DNA from: Octopus sinensis
Lineage: Eukaryota
DNA: 64,000 nt
Assembly (NCBI RefSeq): GCF_006345805.1
Contig: NC_043017.1
Coordinates: 28,458,001-28,522,000 of the forward strand
Direction of reading: 5' to 3'
Part shown: positions 52,107 through 63,900 of the stretch, in pieces
How positions within the stretch are numbered: position 1 is the stretch's first letter
Layout: every line of letters starts with the position of its first letter
Translations under genes and position numbers: made by a program
Notes under the pieces: generated by a model
What the model saw: the letters and a program-made list of their open reading frames with translations, nothing else
Databases searched by the model: none
What the model was told of the DNA's origin: nothing

Positions 52107-52353
52107 TATATGTATGTATAATATATATGTATCTATGTATATATATGTATCTATGTATATATATATATATGTATATATATGTATCTATGTATATATATGT
52201 ATCTATGTATATATATGTATCTATGTATATATATGTATATATGTATGTATATATATATATATGTATATATGTATGTATATATATATATATGTATATATGT
52301 ATGTATATATATATATGTATGTATATATGTATGTATATATATATATGTATGTA

Positions 52354-52390
<37 letters not shown>

Positions 52391-52472
52391 AGAGAGAGAG
52401 TGAAGAAAAGTGAGACAAATCTCATACTTACGTATGTAGTATACACACATACATATACATAAATACATATAC

Positions 52473-52520
<48 letters not shown>
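51670..52520. repeat. (TA)n plus TATATATGTATCTATG minisatellite
   Basis: Direct reading. Confidence 0.95.
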
Positions 52521-52896
52521 GTATTTCTGTGTATGTATGACTTTAAGTTAGCGTGTGTATATACGTAATTATGGTTGCATGCACATATACATACGTAAAT
52601 ATATACACTCACGCACACAGAGACACACACAGAGGCGCATACAGGCACGCACGTATATGTATTTATGTATATATATATATATATATATATTCGTATATTC
52701 CCTCTACCTATTAAGATATTGAATTTTCTGTCCATCATTATCTGTGTGCATCGGAAGGTAGAAAAGTTTAGTGTTTCAGTTGCTAATGCTTTGATATTTT
52801 TCTGCTTCGTCAACCTTTATACGAACAGTTTAGTCAATAAACCGGAAAACTGTTATCTGGAACAGATGACTTATAATGTTTAAAACTTATATAATT

Positions 52897-53285
52897 TACT
52901 AGCGGTATCGCCCGGCGTTGCTCGGGTTTGTAAGGGAAATAACTATATAAGCATTTTTAGAGAGTTATAGCCAAATAATAGCAAAAAATGCATTAAAAAT
53001 GCAAAAAAAATGATGGTGAATGTTTTTAAAAATCGTATCTTCATCGTAGACATTTTTAGAGAGTTACTTCCCTTATATAATAGCGAAAAAATGCATTAAA
53101 ATGGAAAAGAATGATGGTAAATTATTTTTAAAATCGTAGACTCATCGTAGACGCGCGCTAATACCCAGACGGGCTCGATATGAATCAGGACTATAAGATA
53201 CCCGGTTTTGGTTAAACTGCACCGCAAAATGTGGGATTAGTTAGGAATCTAAATCGTAGGAGTCCTCACTTTTATATATAAAGAT
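52897..53285 (+). mobile_element. Non-autonomous Helitron/Helentron-type element
   Basis: tACTAGCGGTATCGCCCGGCGTTGCTCGGG...cttttatatataaagat. A second copy is at 11300-11705. Confidence 0.7.
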
Positions 53286-54357
53286 ATATTACACAACGTA
53301 TAACGTTTGTTAGTACCATTGTTTAAACAGAGGGTCAGCCCCGATCGAGCCCGTAGTAATGATATTAAGTGATTCAAACTCCACATAGTCGTCTATTTAT
53401 AACTGTTAAAATATATGTACGGTGGTGTTCTGAGACTGACGCTGTTTTTAATGTGCTTGCTTGTTTAGATAGCAGGGTTGCATAGCGTGGCGGTGAGCAA
53501 GAGTTAACATCTATTCGTAAGAAAAGATTTTACTATGATTAATTAGACTTACGTCCTTAGTGATAGTGTTTAATTTTCATCGTAGAACTATTTTTGCCTG
53601 TGCACCTTTCTGATCATGGTGATCGCAAATTTTGGCGCAAGGACAGCAATTTCGGTGGTGTTTGTATGGTACTTATTATATCGAATCCGGTCTACTGGGA
53701 TTTTTAGCCGAGCAAATGTTAGATTTCATTGCATGCACATAAGCTCTTTGCGTTCTTATTTCAAGTGCCACAGAAGTCTACTTTGCCTTTTATTCTTTCG
53801 GGGTCGATAAACTAAGAACTAATTAGCAGTTGAGTAAAGGGGTCAACTAAATCACGCCCTGCCCATATTTTAGGCTTTGTGTCTATAGTGAAAAACGTTA
53901 TCATTTTTTTATATAACTGTTATGATTGTTCTTCTTAATATTGTTGCTACTGTTGATGCTGTTGTTTGTATACTTACGATGTTTTCTTGTCTTGCTGAAA
54001 GACAAGAAAACATGAAAGCTAGAAATAAATGTGTCCCGTTTATTTTAACTGTCAATGATATACCGTTATGAAAAATTCCATAACTTGCTTACTGCCATTC
54101 TTCCTGAAAAAATTTAATTATGTCTTTCTTTTGATGAAAGGATGCACTTTAAGAGTGATTTGCCTACTATTTGTAGTAGCTCAAGTTACCACAGGGACAC
54201 CTATGTATATGTGTGTGGCTGTGTGTTTTGTTGTGGTGAAAACTGATTTTTCTCAGTATTTTAAAAGAAATCTGGACATCTATATTACTGGTAACCATTC
54301 AACTTCAAATTACAGCTTATAATTGTTGAAAGTCCAGTAGACTGATATACACATATA

Positions 54358-54675
54358 GTGGAGGCACATGGCCTAGTGGTTAGAGCAGCGGAATCGCGGT
54401 CGAGGGAGCGCGGGTTCGAATCTCAGACCGGGTGATATGTGTGTTTATGAGCGGAAACACCTAAGCTCCACGCGGCTCCGGCAGAAGGTAATGGCGAAAC
54501 TTCTGCTGACTCTTTCGCCACAACTTTCTCTCACTCTTTCCTGCTGCATCTTGCAGCTCACCTACGACGGACCAGCGTCCCGTCCAGGTGGGGAACCTAT
54601 ACGCCAAGAAACCGGGAAACCGGCCCTTATGAGCCAGGCATGGCTCGACAAGGAACAAACAAACAAACAAAAAAT
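54358..54675 (+). mobile_element. Full-length SINE family C (tail type iv)
   Basis: A box tggcctagtgg, B box ggttcgaatc, (CAAA)n tail. Confidence 0.9.
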
Positions 54676-55249
54676 ATACGTATAGCTTTAGTCTATAAAG
54701 CGGAACTTCACTACGAAGTTTTGAACTCATTACGCTGTGGTTAGGAATCAATTACCTTAAATTTGAAGCCATTCAGTTTTTAGTATTTCGACTGTCGCCA
54801 TGGTAGGGCATCGCCTTCAAAACTTTGATTAATCCTACTGACCTCTATATGAATTTGAATCTGGCATTTATTTTATAGATCTTTGCTTGATGAATTGCTA
54901 ACAAATACGGACACAATACTCGATGTAGCAACAATTTTAAACACACACACACACACACATATTAAGTGCAAGTACGACAGTGTGGTTGAGAGGTTTGCTT
55001 CCCAACCACATGGTTCCACGTTCAGTCACTCTGGATGGTACACTGAGCACGTGCTTCCTGCTATAGCCCTGGGTCAACCACAGAAATGTGACTGAATTTG
55101 GTAGGCAGAAACTGCAGCGTTGTTCATCGGAAAATCACTGAAAAACATATTTATAAAGAGTTGTCTGTTTCATACTCCTTGTTTGCCGATTCAAATAATA
55201 CCATGTGGCTAATACATACATACTTCCATACATACATAAATACATATGT

Positions 55250-55466
55250 GTATGTATATACATATACCCTTTACTTTTATATATATATATATATATATGT
55301 ATATATACTTATATGGATATATATACACATATACACATAAGTACGATTGTATCAAATATACATACACATAAATATTAACTATTTATATATATATACATGT
55401 GGTTATATATACACAGATATACACATGTGTGTTTATAAATGTATATATATGTACATATGTATATAC

Positions 55467-55518
<52 letters not shown>

Positions 55519-55608
55519 TATATATATATATATGTATATATATATATGTATATATATATGTATATATAGATATGTATATATATGTATTATATGTGTATAT
55601 ATATATAG

Positions 55609-55640
<32 letters not shown>

Positions 55641-55660
55641 TACGTTGGTTTTCTGTTTAG

Positions 55661-55691
<31 letters not shown>

Positions 55692-55692
55692 T

Positions 55693-55730
<38 letters not shown>

Positions 55731-55760
55731 TGGATATATATAGATATATGTGTATGATAT
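55250..55760. repeat. (TA)n/(TATG)n compound microsatellite
   Basis: Direct reading. Confidence 0.95.
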
Positions 55761-56238
55761 AGTTAGTTGTGTGTATATAATGATAGAATTATTATGTATT
55801 TATTTTATTTTGTGTATGTTTTATGCTTATGATTTTATGTCTGATGGTTAGTTATGAATAATTTCTTCTATTGTTCAAGACAAAAATAACAAAATCTCTC
55901 AAGATTTGGCAGGTGGTATTTGGAAATATTTCCCTGTTAGCGTCAGAAAATTTGTGTAAACTGTGTCTGGATTGAGAAGGAAAAGTGTGATATAAATTTG
56001 TGTATTTATTTTGAAGTGTATGAAAACTGTGTTGAAGTTAGATAATGCTACGGTAAGTATACTACACATTTGTTGTACATTTGAGAGGCAATCGATTTAT
56101 ACTTTCTTTGGTAGGCATCTCTCGAGTATTTATTTTGTATAGCCATATATTGCAGAGCAAAGAGTCTTAAACTCTACTTTAAAACTGGTAGTTTAAAAGG
56201 AAGCTAATTCAAATTTTTACTGTCGTAGATGTGATTTT

Positions 56239-56454
56239 TCTTTTACTCTTTTACTCTTTTACTTGTTTCAGTCATTTGACTGCGGCCATGCTGGAGCACC
56301 GCCATTAGTCGAGAAAATCGACCTCGGGACTTATTCTTTGTAAGCCCAGTACTTATTCTATCGGTCTCTTTTGCCAAACCGCTAAGTAACGGGGACGTAA
56401 ACACACCAGCATCGGTTGTCAAGCAATGCTAGGGGGACAAACACAGACACACAA

Positions 56455-56512
<58 letters not shown>

Positions 56513-56694
56513 CATACACACATATATACGACGGGCTTTTTTCAGTTTCCGTCTACCAAATCCACTCACAAGGCATTGGTCAGCCCAGGGCTATAGCAGA
56601 AGACACTTGCCCAAGATGCCACGCAGTGGGGCTGAACCCGGAACCATGTGGTCGGTAAACAAGCTACTTACCACACATCCACTTCTGCGCCTAT
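56239..56694 (-). mobile_element. Full-length SINE family B
   Basis: Reverse complement of the family B consensus. Confidence 0.9.
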
Positions 56695-56899
56695 TGTGAA
56701 AGATTTACCAATAAATTAGTGACCGTACCCTTGTTGGGATTTAGAAAGGAAGATAGATTTTTCAGTAATATCCGGGACGAAATTATCTTAAACTTTTGAG
56801 AGGATATAGGTCTGTCTACGTCAGTATGTGTGATGGATTTGCAGCTGAGGTTTTGTTGGGCTTTAAGAGAAGATCATCAATTTGGTTTTAATGTTTTGA

Positions 56900-57063
56900 T
56901 AGGTGCAGGAGGGGTTGTGTGGTAAGTAGCTTGCTTACCAACCGCATGGTTCCGGGTTCAGTTCCACTGCGTGACACCTTGGGCAAGTGTCTTCTTCTAT
57001 AGCCTCGGACCGACCAATGCCTTGTCAGTGGATTTGGTAGACGGAAACTGAAAGAAGCCTGTC

Positions 57064-57136
<73 letters not shown>

Positions 57137-57355
57137 CTTTTGTGTCTGTGTTTGTCTCCACAAGATCGCTTGACAACCGATGCTGGTGTGTTTACGTCCC
57201 CCGTAACTTAGCGGTTCAGCAAGAGAGACCGATAGAAAAAGTACTAGGCTTACATAGAAGAAGACCTGGGGTCGATTTGCTCGACTAAAGGCGGTGCTCC
57301 AGCATGGCCGCTGTCAAATGACTGAAACAAGTAGAAGATAAAAGAGATAAGAGAG
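56900..57355 (+). mobile_element. Full-length SINE family B
   Basis: Matches 20574 and 59159. Confidence 0.9.
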
Positions 57356-57494
57356 ATTCCAAGTGCCATTATATTAAATATTTGCGAAAAGTAACCATGC
57401 CACGCACAAAAAATTCTTTAAAACTGTCAGATTTTCAAAGAGTTTGTATTGTTGGGCAATATGAGGTTGGTCTTAGCCAGTGAAAATCTTCCAA

Positions 57495-57870
57495 AAACAC
57501 CTAAAGCTCCACGTGGCTCCGGCAGGGGGTGGTAGTGAATCCTGCTGTACTCTTTCACCACAACTTTCTCTCACTCGTTCTTCATGTTTCTGTTGTACCT
57601 GTATTTCAATGGGCTACCCTCGCCGAATCTCCCCGAGAAGTACGTTATGGGTACACGTGTCTGTGGAGTGCTCAGCCACTTGCACGTTAATAAATGAGCT
57701 GCGACGTCAGTAGTTCCAAGCGGTATCGGCCTCTTTGCCTTTCCCTTGGATAACATCGGTGGCGTGGAGAGATGAGGCTGGTATGCCTGGGCCCCGGACT
57801 TGTGTCTCGGAGAGTAACTTTCTAGGTGCAATCCCATGATCATTCATGAACGAAGGGGGTCACAACTGCT
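57495..57870 (+). mobile_element. 5'-truncated SINE family C with a chimeric 3' extension
   Basis: Type ii body up to gccacttgcacgttaat, then a different tail (ggcctctttgcctttcccttggataac...ctaggtgcaatcccatg). Confidence 0.7.
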
Positions 57871-58267
57871 TGCTGGCGTTACCGTTCATAAATTATAATG
57901 GTGTGACAGCCTTGTGATAATGTATAAATTTTAAGTGAAATGCAGTGTATCATAATATTGAGTATTAACTCAGATTTGTTGGGTAGTACGGTTATGTTGT
58001 AAAGCAATGAACTGGAATAGTTCCAACGTTCTCCCTTTTGTTACTTCATATCTTATTTCATATATTAACAATGCGATTACTTTAAATATTTATAAACTAA
58101 AAATTATACATTACTGCTTCTCTTAGAAACTGTTTAGTTATTTAATCAGACACAGAGTGTAGAGTGCACTGTTACGCTATGCGGTCCCTTATATGATTTC
58201 ACACTTGATTTTCAACCTGTCAGAAGTGTTCTTTTAATTATGAATCGCCAAATAATTGCCATCAATG

Positions 58268-58683
58268 GGATCTTTTCGGTTTGAACGGCAGTTTTTCTAG
58301 CGGTGTCATATGAAATTGTCACCCATAATTATCACCCTAGTATCGATCTATTGCATTTCAATCTGTTTTAGGGTCAGGGGTAGTTAGGGTTAGGGGTGGG
58401 GGGAAGGGTATCTTTTTTTCTTCACAAATGTAAATGAACCCAATCTGTTTCTTAAACGAGGGACATATTCATACGGCACAGAATGTTTTTACCACAATAG
58501 ACGTCATTGATTGGTTGAAATTGAAGAAAAAAACAACAAATATCTTACAAACTATAGAATTTTCTTTATAAAGCCAAGAGAAAAAGATGTTTTATAAACA
58601 CATTCTACCAGTATACGAAGTTTAAAAGTGTTTAGTTACGTGGAAATTATTTTAAAAAACTGCCGGTCAAACCGAAAAGATCC
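58268..58683 (+). mobile_element. Merlin-like MITE
   Basis: TIRs ggatcttttcggtttgaacggcagtttt and aaaactgccggtcaaaccgaaaagatcc. Confidence 0.9.
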
Positions 58684-59158
58684 GTACGCCGTGCTATCTA
58701 TAGCATCCAAATTTCATTGGAAACACCACGTACAATCTTAGAATAAATGACATCTTTTTCACAGCTGAAGTGCCGTTCAAAACGGTTTAATTCTATGCGA
58801 TATTACATCCGGCTAAACCATACAAAGAACAAATTTATTTGGTTTACAAGGAATCAACTTCCCAGTATTCCACCTTCCTTTCTGATGAGGCTCACTTCGG
58901 TGCATATAAAATGGAAGACACCCATATCTTTCAAGTGATTCCATAACATTTTCGACTCAGTACATAATTCTTGTAGAGTTGTATCATATGATGCTGTATA
59001 GAGTACTAAGATTTATGAATTACTTTGCAGATGCGGGCCTCGGATACAGATGTTGATACTTTGTACGGAATTTCACCGAGGGTGGGTTTTGATGCATAAG
59101 TATAAATTTTCTGTAGTGTAATTGTATTTTTACAATTTTATTAATATAATTTTATTAA

Positions 59159-59324
59159 TATAGGCGCAGGAGTGGCTGTGTGGTAAGTAGCTTGTGTACC
59201 AACCACATGGTTCCGGGTTCAGGCCCACTGCGTGGCATCTTGGGCAAGTGTCTACTACTATAGCCTCGGGCCGACCAAAGCCTTGTGAGTGAATTTGGTA
59301 GACGGAAACTGAAAGAAGCCCGTC

Positions 59325-59362
<38 letters not shown>

Positions 59363-59588
59363 GTGTGTTTGTGTATCTGTGTTTGTCCCCCTAGCATTGC
59401 TTGACAACCGATGCTGGTGTTTATGTCCCCGTCACTTAGCGGTTCGGCAAAAGAGCCCGATAGAATAAACAATGGGCTTACAAAAGAATAAGTCCCGGGG
59501 TCGAGTTGCTCGATTAAAGGCGGTGCACCAGCATGGCCGCAGTCAAATGACTGAAACAAGTAAAACAGTAAAAGAGTAAAAAGAGTAA
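59159..59588 (+). mobile_element. Full-length SINE family B
   Basis: Family consensus match with (agtaaaag)n tail. Confidence 0.9.
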
Positions 59589-60348
59589 ATTGTCATTTCT
59601 GAACTGTAATTATGTTACAATATAATAGTGTCTTTTGTAAGAATGCGTATTAAAATTGACATATTATTATTGTTGCTTAAGTAACTGCCAGAAAAAAATA
59701 AATTATATTTTAAATTGCGTAAGTAATTTAAGCTAGTGTACAATGTCTAACTCAGTGATAATAAATTAAGAAACAAACAGAAGTTGGAAGAGAAGTCTGG
59801 TGATCAATCGGGAAGAAATTCGTCGTTGGCGGTCACGAGGGAATACATCTTAGACATCATCATACATAGCCAGAAACCACTACGTATATTATACAAGATG
59901 TATTAAACAATACTAATGAGGTGTAATGACTTAAAATGAGTTTTTCAACAATTTAACAGTTCATTTTGGCAAAGTAAAATGGCTCCGCGAATAATTCAAT
60001 GGAATTTAGTTTACTAGTGGAAGATTGTAAATATACATAATGGTCAATAAACAGTCAATACTTCCGAGCAAGGAAAGGCACTTATTGTAGAAACTTACGT
60101 AGGAAAAAGATACATGCGCTCATTTCGTGGGGGAACTGACGAAGTAATTAAACATAATAATTAAACATAATTGTTGCTAAAACAATCATCAAGTTTTAAG
60201 AGATGACATAAAGACAAAGTAAGGACAGAAAGAGAACCACAAGCTCTTTGATACTTTCGTTATCGAGGAAAACATTACTACGGTCAAATGAGATTCTTGC
60301 TAGAAATAGCAGCACTATTTTCATCGTTATTTCGTAATTTCTAGATAC

Positions 60349-60388
<40 letters not shown>

Positions 60389-60494
60389 TATATATATATA
60401 GATAGATAGATAGATAGATATACAGCTAGATAGATAGTTAGATAGATAGAGAGAGATGTCTTTCAACATGTGATCTCTTGAGCACCACCAGCAA

Positions 60495-60675
60495 AAAATT
60501 GTTTTCCTCTGTCTTCCCTTCTCGGGATCTTTCCTTCTCCTTTGTTTCCGACGAAGAGCTCCGCTCGAAACGTTAAACCCTCCTTCCCTTCTTTCCTGAG
60601 CGTCAAATAATACTTTAATTGTTCCACGTCCTCGCGTTGCTGTGTTTTTTTCTGTTTTCTTGTTTGGATTAACTA
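60495..60675 (+). mobile_element. Penelope-like terminal fragment ending in (TA)n
   Basis: Homologous to 27975-28150 and, more distantly, to 16900-17050 (shared ttcctgagcg.ca...taatac). Confidence 0.6.
60544..60578 (+). ncRNA. Minimal hammerhead-like motif (U4C, ACGU in place of stem III)
   Basis: GUUU CCGACGA A GAGC-UCC-GCUC GAA ACGU U AAAC. Confidence 0.5.
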
Positions 60676-60712
60676 TATATATATATATATATATATGTAT
60701 ACATACACACAG

Positions 60713-60757
<45 letters not shown>

Positions 60758-60775
60758 CACACAGATATATATATA

Positions 60776-60816
<41 letters not shown>

Positions 60817-61459
60817 CAGATATATGTATATGTTTATATATATAATATATATATACATACATACACACAGATATATATATATATATATACATATATATAT
60901 GCATGTATATTTATATATACATACATAAACACACACACATATGTATATTCGGCAATCTAAAGCATGTTCGACACGAGCTTCTGTTAGAGCTCAGCCAAAC
61001 TTTAAGTCGAAGGGAGCCGAATTAAATAGTTTTATTTTAAGTTAATTCCTCTGACTGCTACTAAATGTGTTGAGTGCCCTTTTCTTTTGTTTGTCCATTC
61101 ACTAGTTTATATATATATATTATATTGAGGGTACTACTATTCGTAGATACCAACACGCTAAGAGGGACCAATGCGGTCAAAACTACTAAAAATAAACAAA
61201 CCTTACGAGGTTTTTCACGCTGACTACTGATAATTTCTTTTAAAGATTTTATCCTCAATTGTTAATTTATATTTTTCACCGGAATAGTTCAATACTGAAT
61301 TTTTATTCCGAATAGACAATTTGGTACCGAAATGCATTGCGAATAAGCCCGCCATTTTCATAGCTATGTAAAGATAAACATTCGGACATGCTACGACGAA
61401 TTCTACGGTTGGCTATCGAGCTTGTAATGTTATGTTTTTCTCTTATATTTCTTGAGTTT

Positions 61460-61525
61460 GTTGCACTGATGAACATAAAAATGCATATTCTGCATTTAAA
61501 TGCGAAATCACATGTGATATGTAAC
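61460..61525 (+). ncRNA. Type I hammerhead ribozyme candidate, canonical core
   Basis: GUUGCA CUGAUGA A-CAU-AA-AAAUGCA-UAUUC-UGCAUUU-AA-AUG-C GAA AUCAC-AU-GUGAU A UGUAAC. Stem III is a perfect 12-nt palindrome. AUA triplet. Confidence 0.65.
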
Positions 61526-62397
61526 TGAATTCTTTTTTAAAATGATGTGTTTTGAAGTTTTGCATTCGGTAAAATTTTGTTTATTTTTAGTAGTTTTGAC
61601 CGCATTGGTCCCTCTTAGCGTGTTGGTATCTACGAATAGTAGTACCCTCAATATAATATAAATGAATATTTTCAAAGAGGAATAATTTACGGATTTTTTC
61701 TCTTACGAGGTTTTTCACGCTGACTACTGATAATTTCTTTTAAAGATTTTATCCTCAATTGTTAATTTATATATATATATATATATATAATATATATATA
61801 CATACACACAGATATATATATATATATACATATATATATGCATGTATATTTATATATACATACATAAACACACACACATATGTATATTCGGCAATCTAAG
61901 CATGTTCGACACGAGCTTCTGTTAGAGCTCAGCCAAACTTTAAGTCGAAGGGAGCCGAATTAAATAGTTTTATTTTAAGTTAATTCCTCTGACTGCTACT
62001 AAATGTGTTGAGTGCCCTTTTCTTTTGTTTGTCCATTCACTAGTTTATATATATATATTATATTGAGGGTACTACTATTCGTAGATACCAACACGCTAAG
62101 AGGGACCAATGCGGTCAAAACTACTAAAAATAAACAAACCTTACGAGGTTTTTCACGCTGACTACTGATAATTTCTTTTAAAGATTTTATCCTCAATTGT
62201 TAATTTATATTTTTCACCGGAATAGTTCAATACTGAATTTTTATTCCGAATAGACAATTTGGTACCGAAATGCATTGCGAATAAGCCCGCCATTTTCATA
62301 GCTATGTAAAGATAAACATTCGGACATGCTACGACGAATTCTACGGTTGGCTATCGAGCTTGTAATGTTATGTTTTTCTCTTATATTTCTTGAGTTT

Positions 62398-62463
62398 GTT
62401 GCACTGATGAACATAAAAATGCATATTCTGCATTTAAATGCGAAATCACATGTGATATGTAAC
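62398..62463 (+). ncRNA. Duplicate of the 61460 hammerhead candidate
   Basis: Identical sequence 938 bp downstream. Confidence 0.6.
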
Positions 62464-62699
62464 TGAATTCTTTTTTAAAATGATGTGTTTTGAAGTTTTG
62501 CATTCGGTAAAATTTTGTTTATTTTTAGTAGTTTTGACCGCATTGGTCCCTCTTAGCGTGTTGGTATCTACGAATAGTAGTACCCTCAATATAATATAAA
62601 TGAATATTTTCAAAGAGGAATAATTTACGGATTTTTTCTCTTACGAGGTTTTTCACGCTGACTACTGATAATTTCTTTTAAAGATTTTATCCTCAATTG

Positions 62700-62738
<39 letters not shown>

Positions 62739-62877
62739 CTAGCAGATCCTCGGAAGTAGGTGTAATAATTACCCATGTGCCTGTTTTATTAGCTGGTTCC
62801 CTACTAAAAACGTTTTTCAATACGTTCGTGTGCATAAGAATAAATAAAATGGAAGTTGCTGAAAAAATAAAACAATA

Positions 62878-63190
62878 GCCTGGTATTTCGTCGGTTACAA
62901 TGACGAGGGTTCCAGTTGAACAGCCTGCTCGTGAAATTAACGTATAATTGACCGAATCATCCACCGACGTGCGTACTCTTACCGTAGTTCTCAGCGAGAT
63001 TAAGCGTGACACAAAACGTGACAAAGCTGGCTCACTGAAATTACTGGTCCTACTCACTTTTGCCAGCTGAGTGGACAGGAGCAACGTGAAATGAAGTGTC
63101 TTACTGAAGGACAAAACGCATCGCCGGGAATCGAACTCAGGATCTTGCGATCGTGAGCCAAATATACTAACCGTTCAAGTCACGCGCCTG
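62878..63190 (-). mobile_element. SINE family D
   Basis: Reverse complement of the 37150 family. B box gagttcgattccc. Confidence 0.8.
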
Positions 63191-63399
63191 CAAAGGTTAG
63201 ATAGGTCGTGCGACGTCAAAGAAAACAGTTGTCGTTTGACTACACTTTCTTATAACAATTACTGCTGCTAAATATCCCTCTGTATTTAGAGGTTATTAAA
63301 TCCAACGATTCAATTTCGTTATGCTTCACAAAACCTGTTAAAGCAATTCTTATCCCTTTCAAAAAATTACTTCTGGTCGAACCCTGTCCCTTAATTCAC

Positions 63400-63900
63400 C
63401 CCCTCTAGTATAAATGCAGTGTATGGTAGCTTTTGGAAAGTCTGCTTTGGATGGTATTGGTATCTTATATTTTTAGTGCTTTTTTTGTAATTGTTTTCTT
63501 TTTAACTCTTGCATAACATGAAGGTTTAGGTTACTCTTGGGACTGTTCCAGAAGTTAATAGTCCTATGATATATTTTGAATTATGGTTTATTTTTAGGAT
63601 CCAGACAGTCGGGTGAGTTTATTTTCAACTAAGTATTTAATATTAGAATATCATATTTGATCACTTATATTGATCTCCTCATAATTAATACAGTTTTTAA
63701 ATTATTTTATTACAGTAAATATTATCTCCTCAGACTCTGCAGAATTTGGATTGTATAGGCCCACATTACAGGCATTAGAGCTGATGCCAACCAATGTTTC
63801 AATTATTACTTTACCCGAAGTGTACTTTGTATTTTTAATGCATTAGGGTATGATTTGAGTGAGATTAAACTGTTGTTTCTAGGTCTAGTGAGTCTGTGAT
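63400..63900 (-). mobile_element. Possible strongly decayed LINE AP-endonuclease C-terminal fragment
   Basis: Minus-strand ETLVGISSNACNVGLYNPNS...YEEINISD...QSRLSKSYH resembles APE motifs (YRPP, GDFN, SDH) but is heavily degenerate. Confidence 0.35.

Larger units (their letters stand above)
60852..62735. repeat. Near-identical tandem duplication, period 938 bp
   Basis: Identical ORFs at 61061 and 61999. The only differences I saw are homopolymer or TA-run lengths. Confidence 0.95.

Noticed and set aside
56700-56890. Possible RT fragment (RPIS...KII) between the inverted SINEs
   Set aside because: Too short and degenerate to support.
58881-58920. CTGATGAGG motif
   Set aside because: No downstream GAAA or stem III.
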